Assembly: GCF_009617975.1 (NCBI RefSeq)
Contig: NZ_CP040089.1
Coordinates: forward strand, 300,001 to 332,000
Direction of reading: 5' to 3'
DNA from: Candidatus Nanohalobium constans
Lineage (GTDB): Archaea; Nanohalarchaeota; Nanosalinia; Nanosalinales; Nanosalinaceae
DNA length: 32,000 nt
Part shown: one piece after another, positions 6,042 to 14,907 of the stretch
Numbering within the stretch: position 1 is the stretch's first letter
Layout: each line of letters opens with the position of its first letter
Notes under the pieces: generated by a model
What the model saw: the letters and a program-made list of their open reading frames with translations, nothing else
The model's database searches: none
Told to the model about the DNA's origin: nothing
Made by a program: the position numbers and the translations under genes

Positions 6042-8735
6042 ATGCCAGAGATAAAATTCGCAGAAGAAGATCAAGCCTCAAAAACGCTGCCGGACGACTT
6101 CGAACCCTATGTCAAAGACTGGTTCAACGAACAGTTCCCCTCACTCAGCCCGCCACAAAAATACTCATTCGATCTCATACACAATCAAGAGAACTCTCTG
6201 ATATGTGCTCCAACAGGGTCAGGAAAAACCCTCTCCGCATTTCTCTCAACAATTAACGAACTATACAGAAAAGGACGGGAAGACGAACTGGAAGACCAAG
6301 TATATGTCCTCTATGTTTCGCCGCTCAGAGCTCTAAACAACGATATTCAGAGAAACCTGAAGGAACCGCTGGAAGGAATAAAGCAGAAGGCAGAAGAAGG
6401 AGACTACGATGTGCCGGAGGTAAGAAGTGCGGTCAGGACAGGAGATACAACAGATGCAGAAAAAGCCAATATGCGGGAAAACCCGCCACACATATTGATC
6501 ACCACTCCAGAAAGCCTAGGAATAATACTAAACTCTCCAAAGTTTGGAGAAGCACTGAAAAATGTAGAATATGTCATAACTGATGAAATCCACAGTTTAG
6601 CAGAAAACAAAAGAGGTGTACACCTCAATCTAGGAATAGAAAGACTGGAGGAGATGGCAAACACTAACCCAACTCGTATAGGTCTCTCAGCCACTCAAGC
6701 CCCGATCAAAGAAATAGCTAAATCACTTGTAGGCTATGATGTCGATGAAGAAATAACGATGGAGGAGGGAGAGTATGAGGATATAGAAGCTGCTGAAGAG
6801 AAGGACAGCGAGGATTTCGAGACTAGAGGCTGCACAATTGTGGATGTGGCTGCTTCCAAGGAAATCGATTTGGAGACTGTTTCACCTGTTCGAGACTTGA
6901 TTCATACTCCTGCAGATGAAGTTCAGGAGGCGATGTACGATCAAATCCATAATTATGTGCAGGAACACGAGTCCACGATAATATTCACTAATACTAGAAG
7001 CGCGACAGAGAGAATAGTTAACAATCTGAAGAACAGGTTCCCGGATTTCTATGATGAGAATATCGGTGCTCACCACTCCTCAATGAGCCGTGGAGTAAGA
7101 TTGGAAGTTGAAGAGAAGCTGAAGAAGGGAGAGATGCGCGTAGGAGTAACCTCAACTTCCCTTGAACTCGGTGTTGACATTGGAGCAGTAGACTTAGTAC
7201 TACAACTGGGGTCTCCTAAAGGTGTGGCGAAAGGGATTCAGAGGATAGGAAGGTCTGGACACCAGATTGGGGAAAAGGCTAAAGGAAAGATGATTGTAAC
7301 GGATAGGGACGACGCGATGGAGTGCTCTGTCCTGACAAAGTGCGCCAAGGAAGATGAACTGGATAGAATTCAGATGCCTACAAACTGTCTGGATGTACTT
7401 GCCCAGCATATGGTTGGAATGGCGTGTAACAAGCGTTGGAACATCGAGCACGCGTTCAATACTATCAGAAAGAGCTATAATTACAGGAATCTTTCTCGTG
7501 AAGATTTCGACGCTGTGATGAAGTACCTCGGTGGAGAATACGAAGAGTTAGAGGATCAGAATGTGTACAGAAAGATTTGGATCGATCATGAGGATTCACG
7601 ATTCGGTCGTAGTGGAAAGATGACACGAGTCATCTACATGACAAACATCGGCACCATACCTGATGAAACAGGTTACGATGTGAAGACTCGGCAGGGAGGA
7701 AACTATGTCGGTCAGTTAGACGAAGAATTCCTTGACAGACTCACAAAGGGAGATATATTCACGCTTGGAGGTAAAACCTACCAGTTCAGCTACGCCAAGG
7801 GAATGAAAGTGTTTGTTGATCCTAAACCTAATGCTTCTCCGACTGTTCCTTCCTGGTACTCTGAGAGACTTCCTCTTTCCTATGATCTTGGTACCAGGAT
7901 CGGCGAGTTCCGTTCTCAGGTTAAGAAACAGTTGGAGATGGGTGCTGAAGACGATGATATTATCCAGTGGATTATGCATAATTATTACTTGGATGAGAAA
8001 ACAGCTGAAGCCATCTACGGCTATATTGCTGAGCAGTACCGTTTCTCCGGTGAGGTATCAACTCATGAAGATATCAAGGTTGAGAAGTATATCGATGATG
8101 ACAATAGACAGAATCTGATTTTCCAGACGATTTACGGCAGAAGAGTCCACGACGCATTGGCCCGTATCATGGCTCATCTACTGCAGCAGAAGTACGGGTC
8201 AAACATTGGGATGGTTATCGATGATAATGGTTTTATCTTGATTACTCCTCGTCGTCCTGTTGACCTAGATCGTTTGATGGAGCAGGTTATGAACTGTGAT
8301 CCTGAGAAGGAGTTGAAGGAGGCTGTAAAGAAGACTGAACTTATGAAGAGAAGGTTTAGACATGTAGCTGGTAGAAGCCTTATGATTCTGAGAAACTATC
8401 AGGGTAACTCCAAGACGGTTGGGCAACAGCAGATGAAGGGTCACTTCCTGTTATCTGCTATTAGGAATAAGTATGATGAGAGTTTTCCGATGGTTAAGGA
8501 GACTTATCGTGAGATTATGGAGGATGCTATGGATGTCAATCATGCCGAGGATGTGATAGAAGGGTTGAGGGATGGAAGTATTTCTTATGAAATGGGTGAG
8601 ACTGATATTCCTTCCCCCTTCAGCCATAATCTGCTACTTCAAGGTTCGACGGATGTAATCAAGATGGAGGATAAGAAGGAGAGGCTGCAGCAGATGCATC
8701 AACAAGTTTTGGATAGAATAGAGGAATCAAACTAA
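6042..8735 (+). CDS. lhr: Lhr-type ATP-dependent DNA helicase (superfamily 2)
   Basis: 897 aa. Motif I is APTGSGKT, motif II DEIH (ITDEIHSL), motif III LSATQ and motif VI QRIGRSGH. A long DEAD-associated C-terminal region typical of Lhr follows. An acidic insert of about 35 aa (DVDEEITMEEGEYEDIEAAEEKDSEDFE) lies between the RecA lobes. Confidence 0.9.
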   Translation: MPEIKFAEEDQASKTLPDDFEPYVKDWFNEQFPSLSPPQKYSFDLIHNQENSLICAPTGSGKTLSAFLSTINELYRKGREDELEDQVYVLYVSPLRALNNDIQRNLKEPLEGIKQKAEEGDYDVPEVRSAVRTGDTTDAEKANMRENPPHILITTPESLGIILNSPKFGEALKNVEYVITDEIHSLAENKRGVHLNLGIERLEEMANTNPTRIGLSATQAPIKEIAKSLVGYDVDEEITMEEGEYEDIEAAEEKDSEDFETRGCTIVDVAASKEIDLETVSPVRDLIHTPADEVQEAMYDQIHNYVQEHESTIIFTNTRSATERIVNNLKNRFPDFYDENIGAHHSSMSRGVRLEVEEKLKKGEMRVGVTSTSLELGVDIGAVDLVLQLGSPKGVAKGIQRIGRSGHQIGEKAKGKMIVTDRDDAMECSVLTKCAKEDELDRIQMPTNCLDVLAQHMVGMACNKRWNIEHAFNTIRKSYNYRNLSREDFDAVMKYLGGEYEELEDQNVYRKIWIDHEDSRFGRSGKMTRVIYMTNIGTIPDETGYDVKTRQGGNYVGQLDEEFLDRLTKGDIFTLGGKTYQFSYAKGMKVFVDPKPNASPTVPSWYSERLPLSYDLGTRIGEFRSQVKKQLEMGAEDDDIIQWIMHNYYLDEKTAEAIYGYIAEQYRFSGEVSTHEDIKVEKYIDDDNRQNLIFQTIYGRRVHDALARIMAHLLQQKYGSNIGMVIDDNGFILITPRRPVDLDRLMEQVMNCDPEKELKEAVKKTELMKRRFRHVAGRSLMILRNYQGNSKTVGQQQMKGHFLLSAIRNKYDESFPMVKETYREIMEDAMDVNHAEDVIEGLRDGSISYEMGETDIPSPFSHNLLLQGSTDVIKMEDKKERLQQMHQQVLDRIEESN

Positions 8736-8762
8736 AAACCTCTGAGTCCTCATTGTTGTTTA

Positions 8763-10436
8763 GTGATGATTCCGGAGATTCTTCAGCAAAACTTTCTGCA
8801 TCCTGTAGGCTTAGCTGCCTTGCTAGGTTTGATTCCTTTAATCATTTTCTACCTGGTTAGACCGAAACCAGAGAGGGAGGTAATGCCTTCAATGACATTC
8901 TTCTCCGAGGAAAAGCAGAAAGGTCGCATAAGAAACGCTCTGCAGAAGCTTAAGAGAAACAAACTTCTAATACTGCACATACTTTTCGTCGTTCTGGCTG
9001 CTGTAGCTATCGCCAATCCTTTAATTCAAGGTCTTGAAACAGATGGAGAATCAGTTATAATCCTTGATACTTCAGCAAGCATGAACGACAACACTCAAGA
9101 GGCTAAAGACTTCGCCTTCAAACACCTTGGCAGTCAAAATACTGTGATTGCAGCAGGATCAGAACCTAGAGTATTGGTTAGAGACGCTTCTCCTGAAGCA
9201 GCAAGAAAAGCTATCAGAAGCCAAGGGAATACGGCATCTTCAACAGATCTAATATCTGCAGTGCAGATAGCATCAAATTATAATGGAAAAATGGTTTTAG
9301 CTTCCGACATGGCGCATACAGAAACTGGGAGCCTGGAGAGCAGTTTAAGCGATATATCTGAATCTAAAGCGGTTAAAACCATGGATCTAGATCATGAAAA
9401 CTCTCACGGATTTACCGATCTCAGCTTTAAGAATGGAAAGGCACATATTACTGTTCAAAACTTTCTGAACAGGGATAGAACTGTTGAAATAAGAAGAGAA
9501 GACAGTCAACAGGTTAAGCAGGTTGATCTTCCGGCTCTTTCAACGCAGACAGTAGAGCTTGATTTAGAACCGGGGCGGCACGAGCTTATACTGCCTTCGG
9601 ATGAGCTTGCGATAGACAACAAACTGTATGTCTCAATCCCTGATAGAGAGGGCATCCGCGTAAAAAGATTGGGCGAAGAAAGCAGGTACTTCCGAGAGGC
9701 TATGAACCTAATTAACCAAACGGAGTACTCTGCTGGAGATTCGTTTGACGGCGCCCAAATCTACTTTGTAGAAGATGGGTTTGAACTGGGTCAGCAACGC
9801 CTGAAAAATCTGGAAAACCAGCTTGACCAAGGTTCAGCAGTTATCTTAGAGGAAAGATCTGAACTACCTGGTTTTGCCCCGGTAGTTAACAGTTCAAGAA
9901 GTTCTACTCGGCAGGTCCAACTCCAAACCTCATCAATAACCAGCGGATTCACCTCTGCTGTAACCGGCTACGACATTGAAGGGAGGTCGCTCTCACAACC
10001 TGAAGAAGCATTGGTAATGTCTAAAGATGGAAAGGTGTTGCTCTACAATGTCGAGGACGAAGTCTTTGGTCAACAGATCACCTACCCTATCTTCTGGAAG
10101 AACACTTTACTGAACATGTCAGATAGAAGCACCGCTCCAGAACTGAACATCAAGACAGAAAGCCAAGTAAACTTTGGAACACCTGTCTCGCACCAGGGGC
10201 AGGAAAAACCAAAGCGACACAAGGTACAGGAAACAGGATACTACAACGGTCAGAAAACATTCGCAGCCAACCTACTTAACCCAACAGAATCACAACCTCA
10301 AATAAACCAGATCGCAGAGAGACCAGGTATCGACTCAAACCCTGGCACAGACCCTGCAGGAAAATACCTTGGCTCACTTCTAGCAGTAATCGCAACACTT
10401 GAACTACTCTACCTATCAAAAGGAGGTGCAATATAA
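8763..10436 (+). CDS. BatA-like membrane protein with vWA domain
   Basis: 557 aa. The N-terminus LLGLIPLIIFYLVRPKPEREVMPSMTFF resembles the aerotolerance BatA_N / double-TM domain. A vWA MIDAS-like VIILDTSASMND is present, and there is a C-terminal TM helix. The start is GTG 8763 or ATG 8766. Confidence 0.7.
   Translation: MMIPEILQQNFLHPVGLAALLGLIPLIIFYLVRPKPEREVMPSMTFFSEEKQKGRIRNALQKLKRNKLLILHILFVVLAAVAIANPLIQGLETDGESVIILDTSASMNDNTQEAKDFAFKHLGSQNTVIAAGSEPRVLVRDASPEAARKAIRSQGNTASSTDLISAVQIASNYNGKMVLASDMAHTETGSLESSLSDISESKAVKTMDLDHENSHGFTDLSFKNGKAHITVQNFLNRDRTVEIRREDSQQVKQVDLPALSTQTVELDLEPGRHELILPSDELAIDNKLYVSIPDREGIRVKRLGEESRYFREAMNLINQTEYSAGDSFDGAQIYFVEDGFELGQQRLKNLENQLDQGSAVILEERSELPGFAPVVNSSRSSTRQVQLQTSSITSGFTSAVTGYDIEGRSLSQPEEALVMSKDGKVLLYNVEDEVFGQQITYPIFWKNTLLNMSDRSTAPELNIKTESQVNFGTPVSHQGQEKPKRHKVQETGYYNGQKTFAANLLNPTESQPQINQIAERPGIDSNPGTDPAGKYLGSLLAVIATLELLYLSKGGAI
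10421..10428 (+). promoter_or_regulatory. Shine-Dalgarno site for the second vWA gene
   Basis: aggaggtg lies 8 nt upstream of ATG 10437, inside the end of the upstream gene. That gene's TAA stop abuts the ATG, so the pair is translationally coupled. Confidence 0.6.
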
Positions 10437-12659
10437 ATGCTTCAAAACCCGGAATTCCTACTTCTCACACCGCTCATCCTCTACTCACTTCACATAATAC
10501 TTAAAAAACAAGGCTACTCCAGAAAAATAGGTTTAAGCCGAGCACTAATAGTATCCCTGCTTTTACTCGCTGTATCATCTCCAACAATAACACAGGAAGC
10601 CTCATCAAATACACAGGAAAAAATCAACATACTTGTCGACAACACCTCATCCATGAATGCGGTAGAAAATCCCGAACTAGATATAGGCGGCGAAAAAACA
10701 GTTTTCATACGAGCAAACAGCTCTAACATATTTTCACAGGCAGCACAGTCCATAGAACAAGACTCACAGAACCTCCTCGTAACCGACGGTCAAACAACAG
10801 AACCTTCCTCAGACCTAGTAAAAGCAGCGAACAGGAAAAACGCCTCAATCTCCATACACCGCTTAAATGGTAAGAAAGAATCAGCTATAACTATTCAAGG
10901 ACCTTCAACGACAGTGCCGGAAGCAGAAAACCGTTTCACAGTTAAAACAAGCTCCGCACGGGAAGAACCTGTAACCATCAACATCACACTAGACGGAGAA
11001 AAAATCTACAATGGACCAACAAATAAATCCTACACATTTACCAGAAAATTCAGCTCTGAAGGAGAACATATCATAAAAGCAGAGATAGAAGGAAAGGACT
11101 CCATACAGAGAAATAACCAGTACTACAAAACCGTTAAAGTAAGGGAAAAACCAGAAATACTTTCCATAGGCAGCCCAGGATCTCTCGAAGACAACCTAAA
11201 CCAGTTCTACGACATTGAAAACAGAGACCAACTTCCTGAAGAACTAGACAAGTACTACTCCATTATAGCCAAAAAACCGGTAGAAAACAACAACCTTCAA
11301 ACATATCTAGCACAAGGAAACGGTTTAATGTACACAGGAAGCCTTAAAGACAAAATACCTTCATACCTGCCTTTAAAACAATCTGAAAACGACGATGGCA
11401 ATTCAGGAGCCAAAGTAATAATCTTAATCGATATCTCGGAGGCAACAGGAGGAGAATGCGTCAGAGGTACCGAAGAATTCTGCATAGACAGATCCTCATC
11501 AGGAGGAATATCAAAAGAATCAATTCAAATAGCTTACTCTCTCGTAGACAGCCTAAAAAAGAACAACAAGGTCGGTGTTGTAGCCTACAGCGGCGACTCA
11601 TACCTAGTATCCGAACCTAAAACACTAGCATACAACAGAGAATCAATCAAAGAGAAAATAAGCAGGATAAAACCACAGGGACCTTCATTCCACGACCTAG
11701 GAATAAAAGGAGCCTCAGAACTTACAGAGAAAAACGATACAGTAGTAATGCTAAGCGATGGAAACATAGGAACATACAACCGCCAAGATATAGATGGAAA
11801 AACCAGGAGACAAGCAGAAAGCCTGGAAGGCAAACTAATAACGATAGGAATGGGAGAAGAGCCAAACAAGCCTCTTCTACAAGACATCGCAGAAACAACC
11901 GACGGATACTACCTTGAAAACAGAGAAGCCGGAAGACTTAACTTTAGATTCGGCAGTGGCGGAGGAGAAACACAGTATACGCCTATAGCTGTCGTAAACC
12001 CTAACCACTTCATAACTCGTGGATTAGAGCTCAACGGAGACGCAACAGACTTCGAAAAAGTAGACGCCAAACGAACAGGCAAAAAACTGGTGGCAAGCTC
12101 AGAAGGACAAGAAGTACTATCAGCCTGGCGCTACGGACTAGGCAGAGTAGCAGCATTCTCAGCTGGAAACCAAAACCTAGGCAGAATATCTGACACAGAT
12201 CCAACACTAGTATCAAAAACAGCTTCCTGGACTGTGGGCAAACCTCAAAGAAAGAGAGACCAATGGAAAAGTGTTGAGGACTCAGCAAAACCAGAAAAAC
12301 CAGAGGCAAAAGCATCGTACCAGATAAAAGGACTGACCAAAAGAAGTGAAGATCTCTACACATCAAAGATAAACGTCACAGAACCTGGAGTACACAAATG
12401 GGAGGGTGAGACATACGCCTACAACTACAACCCTGAGGTAGACGAAGTAGGTCAAGACATGGACAAGCTGGAGAATATAGCACAGGAAACGGGCGGAATG
12501 ATCTACAGTCAAAACAATATTGAAGAAATATCATCAGAGGTAGATCAGACCTCTAGAAAAGTCGTTAAAGAGATTTCGCTTATGCCTTACCTGCTTTTAC
12601 TTGCTTTAATTGTTTTCTTGGGTGAGGTAGGTTACCGTAAAAGAAAGGGTCGGCTCTAG
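10437..12659 (+). CDS. Large membrane-anchored vWA-domain protein (BatB-like)
   Basis: 740 aa with an N-terminal TM region. Two vWA-like segments are present (INILVDNTSSMN and VIILIDISEAT ... VVMLSDGNIG). There is a WRYGLGRVAAFSAG motif and a C-terminal TM anchor followed by the basic tail YRKRKGRL. Confidence 0.7.
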   Translation: MLQNPEFLLLTPLILYSLHIILKKQGYSRKIGLSRALIVSLLLLAVSSPTITQEASSNTQEKINILVDNTSSMNAVENPELDIGGEKTVFIRANSSNIFSQAAQSIEQDSQNLLVTDGQTTEPSSDLVKAANRKNASISIHRLNGKKESAITIQGPSTTVPEAENRFTVKTSSAREEPVTINITLDGEKIYNGPTNKSYTFTRKFSSEGEHIIKAEIEGKDSIQRNNQYYKTVKVREKPEILSIGSPGSLEDNLNQFYDIENRDQLPEELDKYYSIIAKKPVENNNLQTYLAQGNGLMYTGSLKDKIPSYLPLKQSENDDGNSGAKVIILIDISEATGGECVRGTEEFCIDRSSSGGISKESIQIAYSLVDSLKKNNKVGVVAYSGDSYLVSEPKTLAYNRESIKEKISRIKPQGPSFHDLGIKGASELTEKNDTVVMLSDGNIGTYNRQDIDGKTRRQAESLEGKLITIGMGEEPNKPLLQDIAETTDGYYLENREAGRLNFRFGSGGGETQYTPIAVVNPNHFITRGLELNGDATDFEKVDAKRTGKKLVASSEGQEVLSAWRYGLGRVAAFSAGNQNLGRISDTDPTLVSKTASWTVGKPQRKRDQWKSVEDSAKPEKPEAKASYQIKGLTKRSEDLYTSKINVTEPGVHKWEGETYAYNYNPEVDEVGQDMDKLENIAQETGGMIYSQNNIEEISSEVDQTSRKVVKEISLMPYLLLLALIVFLGEVGYRKRKGRL

Positions 12660-12704
12660 ATAACACTTAAACTTAAACACGGGCGTCGCCAACTTCGTAG
12701 TATA

Positions 12705-13313
12705 ATGGGAGTGATCGACGACATCAAGGAAAAAATGGGAGGAGGACACGAAAACTCAAGCAGCTTCGACAGCGGCTTAGACGACTCATTAGGAAGCTCA
12801 ATGGACTCAGAGTCCGGAATAGGCTCAGACAACGCTCTCAACAGTAATCCTCCAGGACCACAGAACTCACCGAACGATGATACTCCTCTAGGACAGAAAG
12901 ACCAGAGAATGTCAAACCCAGGTCAAAACAACTCTCAGAATCCTCCCCAAGACCTGAATCAGGGACAATCACCTAAAGGACATAGAAACCAACAACCTCC
13001 GCAAAGCGGCAGACAAACAAACAATCTACATAACCAAGGACAAAATACTTCTCAGAACAACAGAAGAGGGAATAATGGTGCACAGGGCTCAAATAGACAG
13101 ACACCTAACCCTCAAAGCGGAAGACCGGAGCCAGGAAGCAACTCACCGCAACTAAGCAACAATACTAAGAAGAAAATGCAGAACGCTGGTATGGATCCAG
13201 CAAATCCGCAAGCAGTTTCAGATCAGCAGTCAGAACTAGAAGAAATAAAGAGACAGAACGAACAGATAATAGATCTTCTCAAGAGACTGAATCAGACTCT
13301 GAACAGTATCTAA
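12705..13313 (+). CDS. Q/N/P/G/S-rich intrinsically disordered protein with a C-terminal coiled-coil segment
   Basis: 202 aa. An acidic N-terminus is followed by about 120 aa almost free of D/E and hydrophobic residues. That stretch contains degenerate repeats: GQNNSQNPPQ / GQNTSQNNRR and PPQSGRQ / NPQSGRP. The C-terminus is SELEEIKRQNEQIIDLLKRLNQTL. Confidence 0.6.
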   Translation: MGVIDDIKEKMGGGHENSSSFDSGLDDSLGSSMDSESGIGSDNALNSNPPGPQNSPNDDTPLGQKDQRMSNPGQNNSQNPPQDLNQGQSPKGHRNQQPPQSGRQTNNLHNQGQNTSQNNRRGNNGAQGSNRQTPNPQSGRPEPGSNSPQLSNNTKKKMQNAGMDPANPQAVSDQQSELEEIKRQNEQIIDLLKRLNQTLNSI

Positions 13314-13633
13314 GTTAGTTTCAACAGACCGAAAGATGACCAAACTCCTTTTAGAAGTAGAAAACCGGCGATATACTTGTTATACTGAACTAATAACGGG
13401 GGCTGCCCTGTGAAGAGAATTGCTGCTGATATCAGGTCTGCGAACCCGCCTAGGTAGAAAACCGGTGTTGGCAAGAAATTTCCTGGTAGCATCGTTGCAA
13501 CGCCCTTAAACAGTAGAAAACCAGCGTGAATCTCCGTTATGCCGTCTGGAATCGGTGTCTGAGTAAAAAGAACCAAAAGCCCTGATAAGATATCTATCAG
13601 GGCCATGGGATCGTAAAAGCTTATTCGAGCCAT
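13310..13633 (-). CDS. Small hydrophobic membrane protein with a two-fold internal repeat
   Basis: 107 aa with 3-4 predicted TM segments. HAGFLLFKGVATMLP and IAGFLLLKGVWSSFG suggest an internal duplication. The ATG lies 2 nt downstream of the NYN gene stop. Confidence 0.55.
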   Translation of the reverse strand: MARISFYDPMALIDILSGLLVLFTQTPIPDGITEIHAGFLLFKGVATMLPGNFLPTPVFYLGGFADLISAAILFTGQPPLLVQYNKYIAGFLLLKGVWSSFGLLKLT

Positions 13634-13635
13634 TT

Positions 13636-14112
13636 TCAGTCCAGTGTCACGACCTTATCTGCTGCGTTTTTAAGAGCTGTCGAAAAACCAGGCTCCATGC
13701 CGATAATCACTGTATCCTTTCCATGTTCCTTAGCCTTTTGAATCACCGGCAGGAAATCTGTGTCTCGTGTAACCAGTACTACTGTATCAATTTCATTTTT
13801 GAAGACTGATTCCATAGCGCTGACAGCCATGTAAACATCTACATCGCTTTCCTTAGCTTTCTCTCCTCCTAAACCAAGTTCAGCTTCAAAACCTTGTGAA
13901 ACAATAGCTTCAATCAAACCATCTGAAGCGTACTGGTTAAGGAAGACCTTACCGACTTTTATATTTCCTACGTCTTCTATAGTCTCTCTTAAAGCGTCTA
14001 AGTCTAGGTCAAACTCTTTTCTGACAACGTTAGGTCCGTCGACAAAAACTGCGACATTTGGCTCGCTGTTAACCTTGTCTTTGAATCTCTTTAAAACCAT
14101 GAAAAATTCCAA
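13636..14112 (-). CDS. NYN-domain (LabA/COG1432-like) PIN-fold nuclease
   Basis: 158 aa. VAVFVDGPNV is present at the N-terminus and VVLVTRDTDFLPVIQKAKEHGKDTVIIG near the C-terminus, the typical NYN/LabA arrangement. Confidence 0.8.
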   Translation of the reverse strand: MEFFMVLKRFKDKVNSEPNVAVFVDGPNVVRKEFDLDLDALRETIEDVGNIKVGKVFLNQYASDGLIEAIVSQGFEAELGLGGEKAKESDVDVYMAVSAMESVFKNEIDTVVLVTRDTDFLPVIQKAKEHGKDTVIIGMEPGFSTALKNAADKVVTLD

Positions 14113-14151
14113 ACCTCTACATCAAATAATTTATGAGGAACATTTATGGAC

Positions 14152-14898
14152 CTATTCACTTCCAAATAACTTGTCTGCATTAACGGATGTAGCATCGACA
14201 ACTTCCTCCTCTGAAACTTTTTTGATCTCAGCAATCTTCTCCGCACTCTCTAAAATATTAACAGGCTCATTTCGCTCTCCTCTATATAGGAAAGGAGAAT
14301 CTGTCTCCAGAACAATATCCTCAATCTCTACAGCATTCACTATGTTCTGAACTCTTGAAGAGTAAAGCACCTGGGTTGTCACACCAATTTTGAACCCTTT
14401 TTCAGCTGCCTCCAATGCCTGTTCTGGAGTTCCATTAAAACAATGAATCAAAACTCCGGGAAGATCGTACTCAGACAGTATATCTATAGTTTCCTGCTCA
14501 GCTTCCCGACTATGTACATTAACCGGCTTCTCCAATTCCTCGGCCAGTTCAAGCATCTCTCTGAACACTTCTCGCTGCTTTTCACGCATCTCCTCATCCG
14601 TAACATGGTGGTGATCGAGTCCAACTTCGCCTACTGCAGCAGGATTATTATCTCGTATCTGATCTTTAATTGTCTCTAGCTTGTCAAAGTCGTCTGTAAA
14701 GGTAGGATGAAGCCCGAGGTTAGGTACTATGAATTCTCCGTATTTCTCCGAGATTTCCAAGGTTTTCCTGTTTCTCTCAAGGTTGCAGCCGACGGAAACT
14801 ACGAACTCCAGGTCTTCCCTGGCTCTTTCGACTACTTCGTTCCGATCTTTGTCAAACTTATCGAACTCGAGGTGGCAGTGACAGTCAACTGGTTTCAT
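14152..14898 (-). CDS. tatD: TatD-family metal-dependent hydrolase (DNase)
   Basis: The N-terminal motif is MKPVDCHCHLEF, with conserved His/Asp positions downstream (HSRE, IHCFNG, LETDSPF). I prefer ATG 14898 because an AGGTG Shine-Dalgarno site (reverse complement of 14905-14909) lies 6 nt upstream. The ORF track uses the alternative GTG at 14907. Confidence 0.9.
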   Translation of the reverse strand: MKPVDCHCHLEFDKFDKDRNEVVERAREDLEFVVSVGCNLERNRKTLEISEKYGEFIVPNLGLHPTFTDDFDKLETIKDQIRDNNPAAVGEVGLDHHHVTDEEMREKQREVFREMLELAEELEKPVNVHSREAEQETIDILSEYDLPGVLIHCFNGTPEQALEAAEKGFKIGVTTQVLYSSRVQNIVNAVEIEDIVLETDSPFLYRGERNEPVNILESAEKIAEIKKVSEEEVVDATSVNADKLFGSE

Positions 14899-14907
14899 GG
14901 GAGACAC

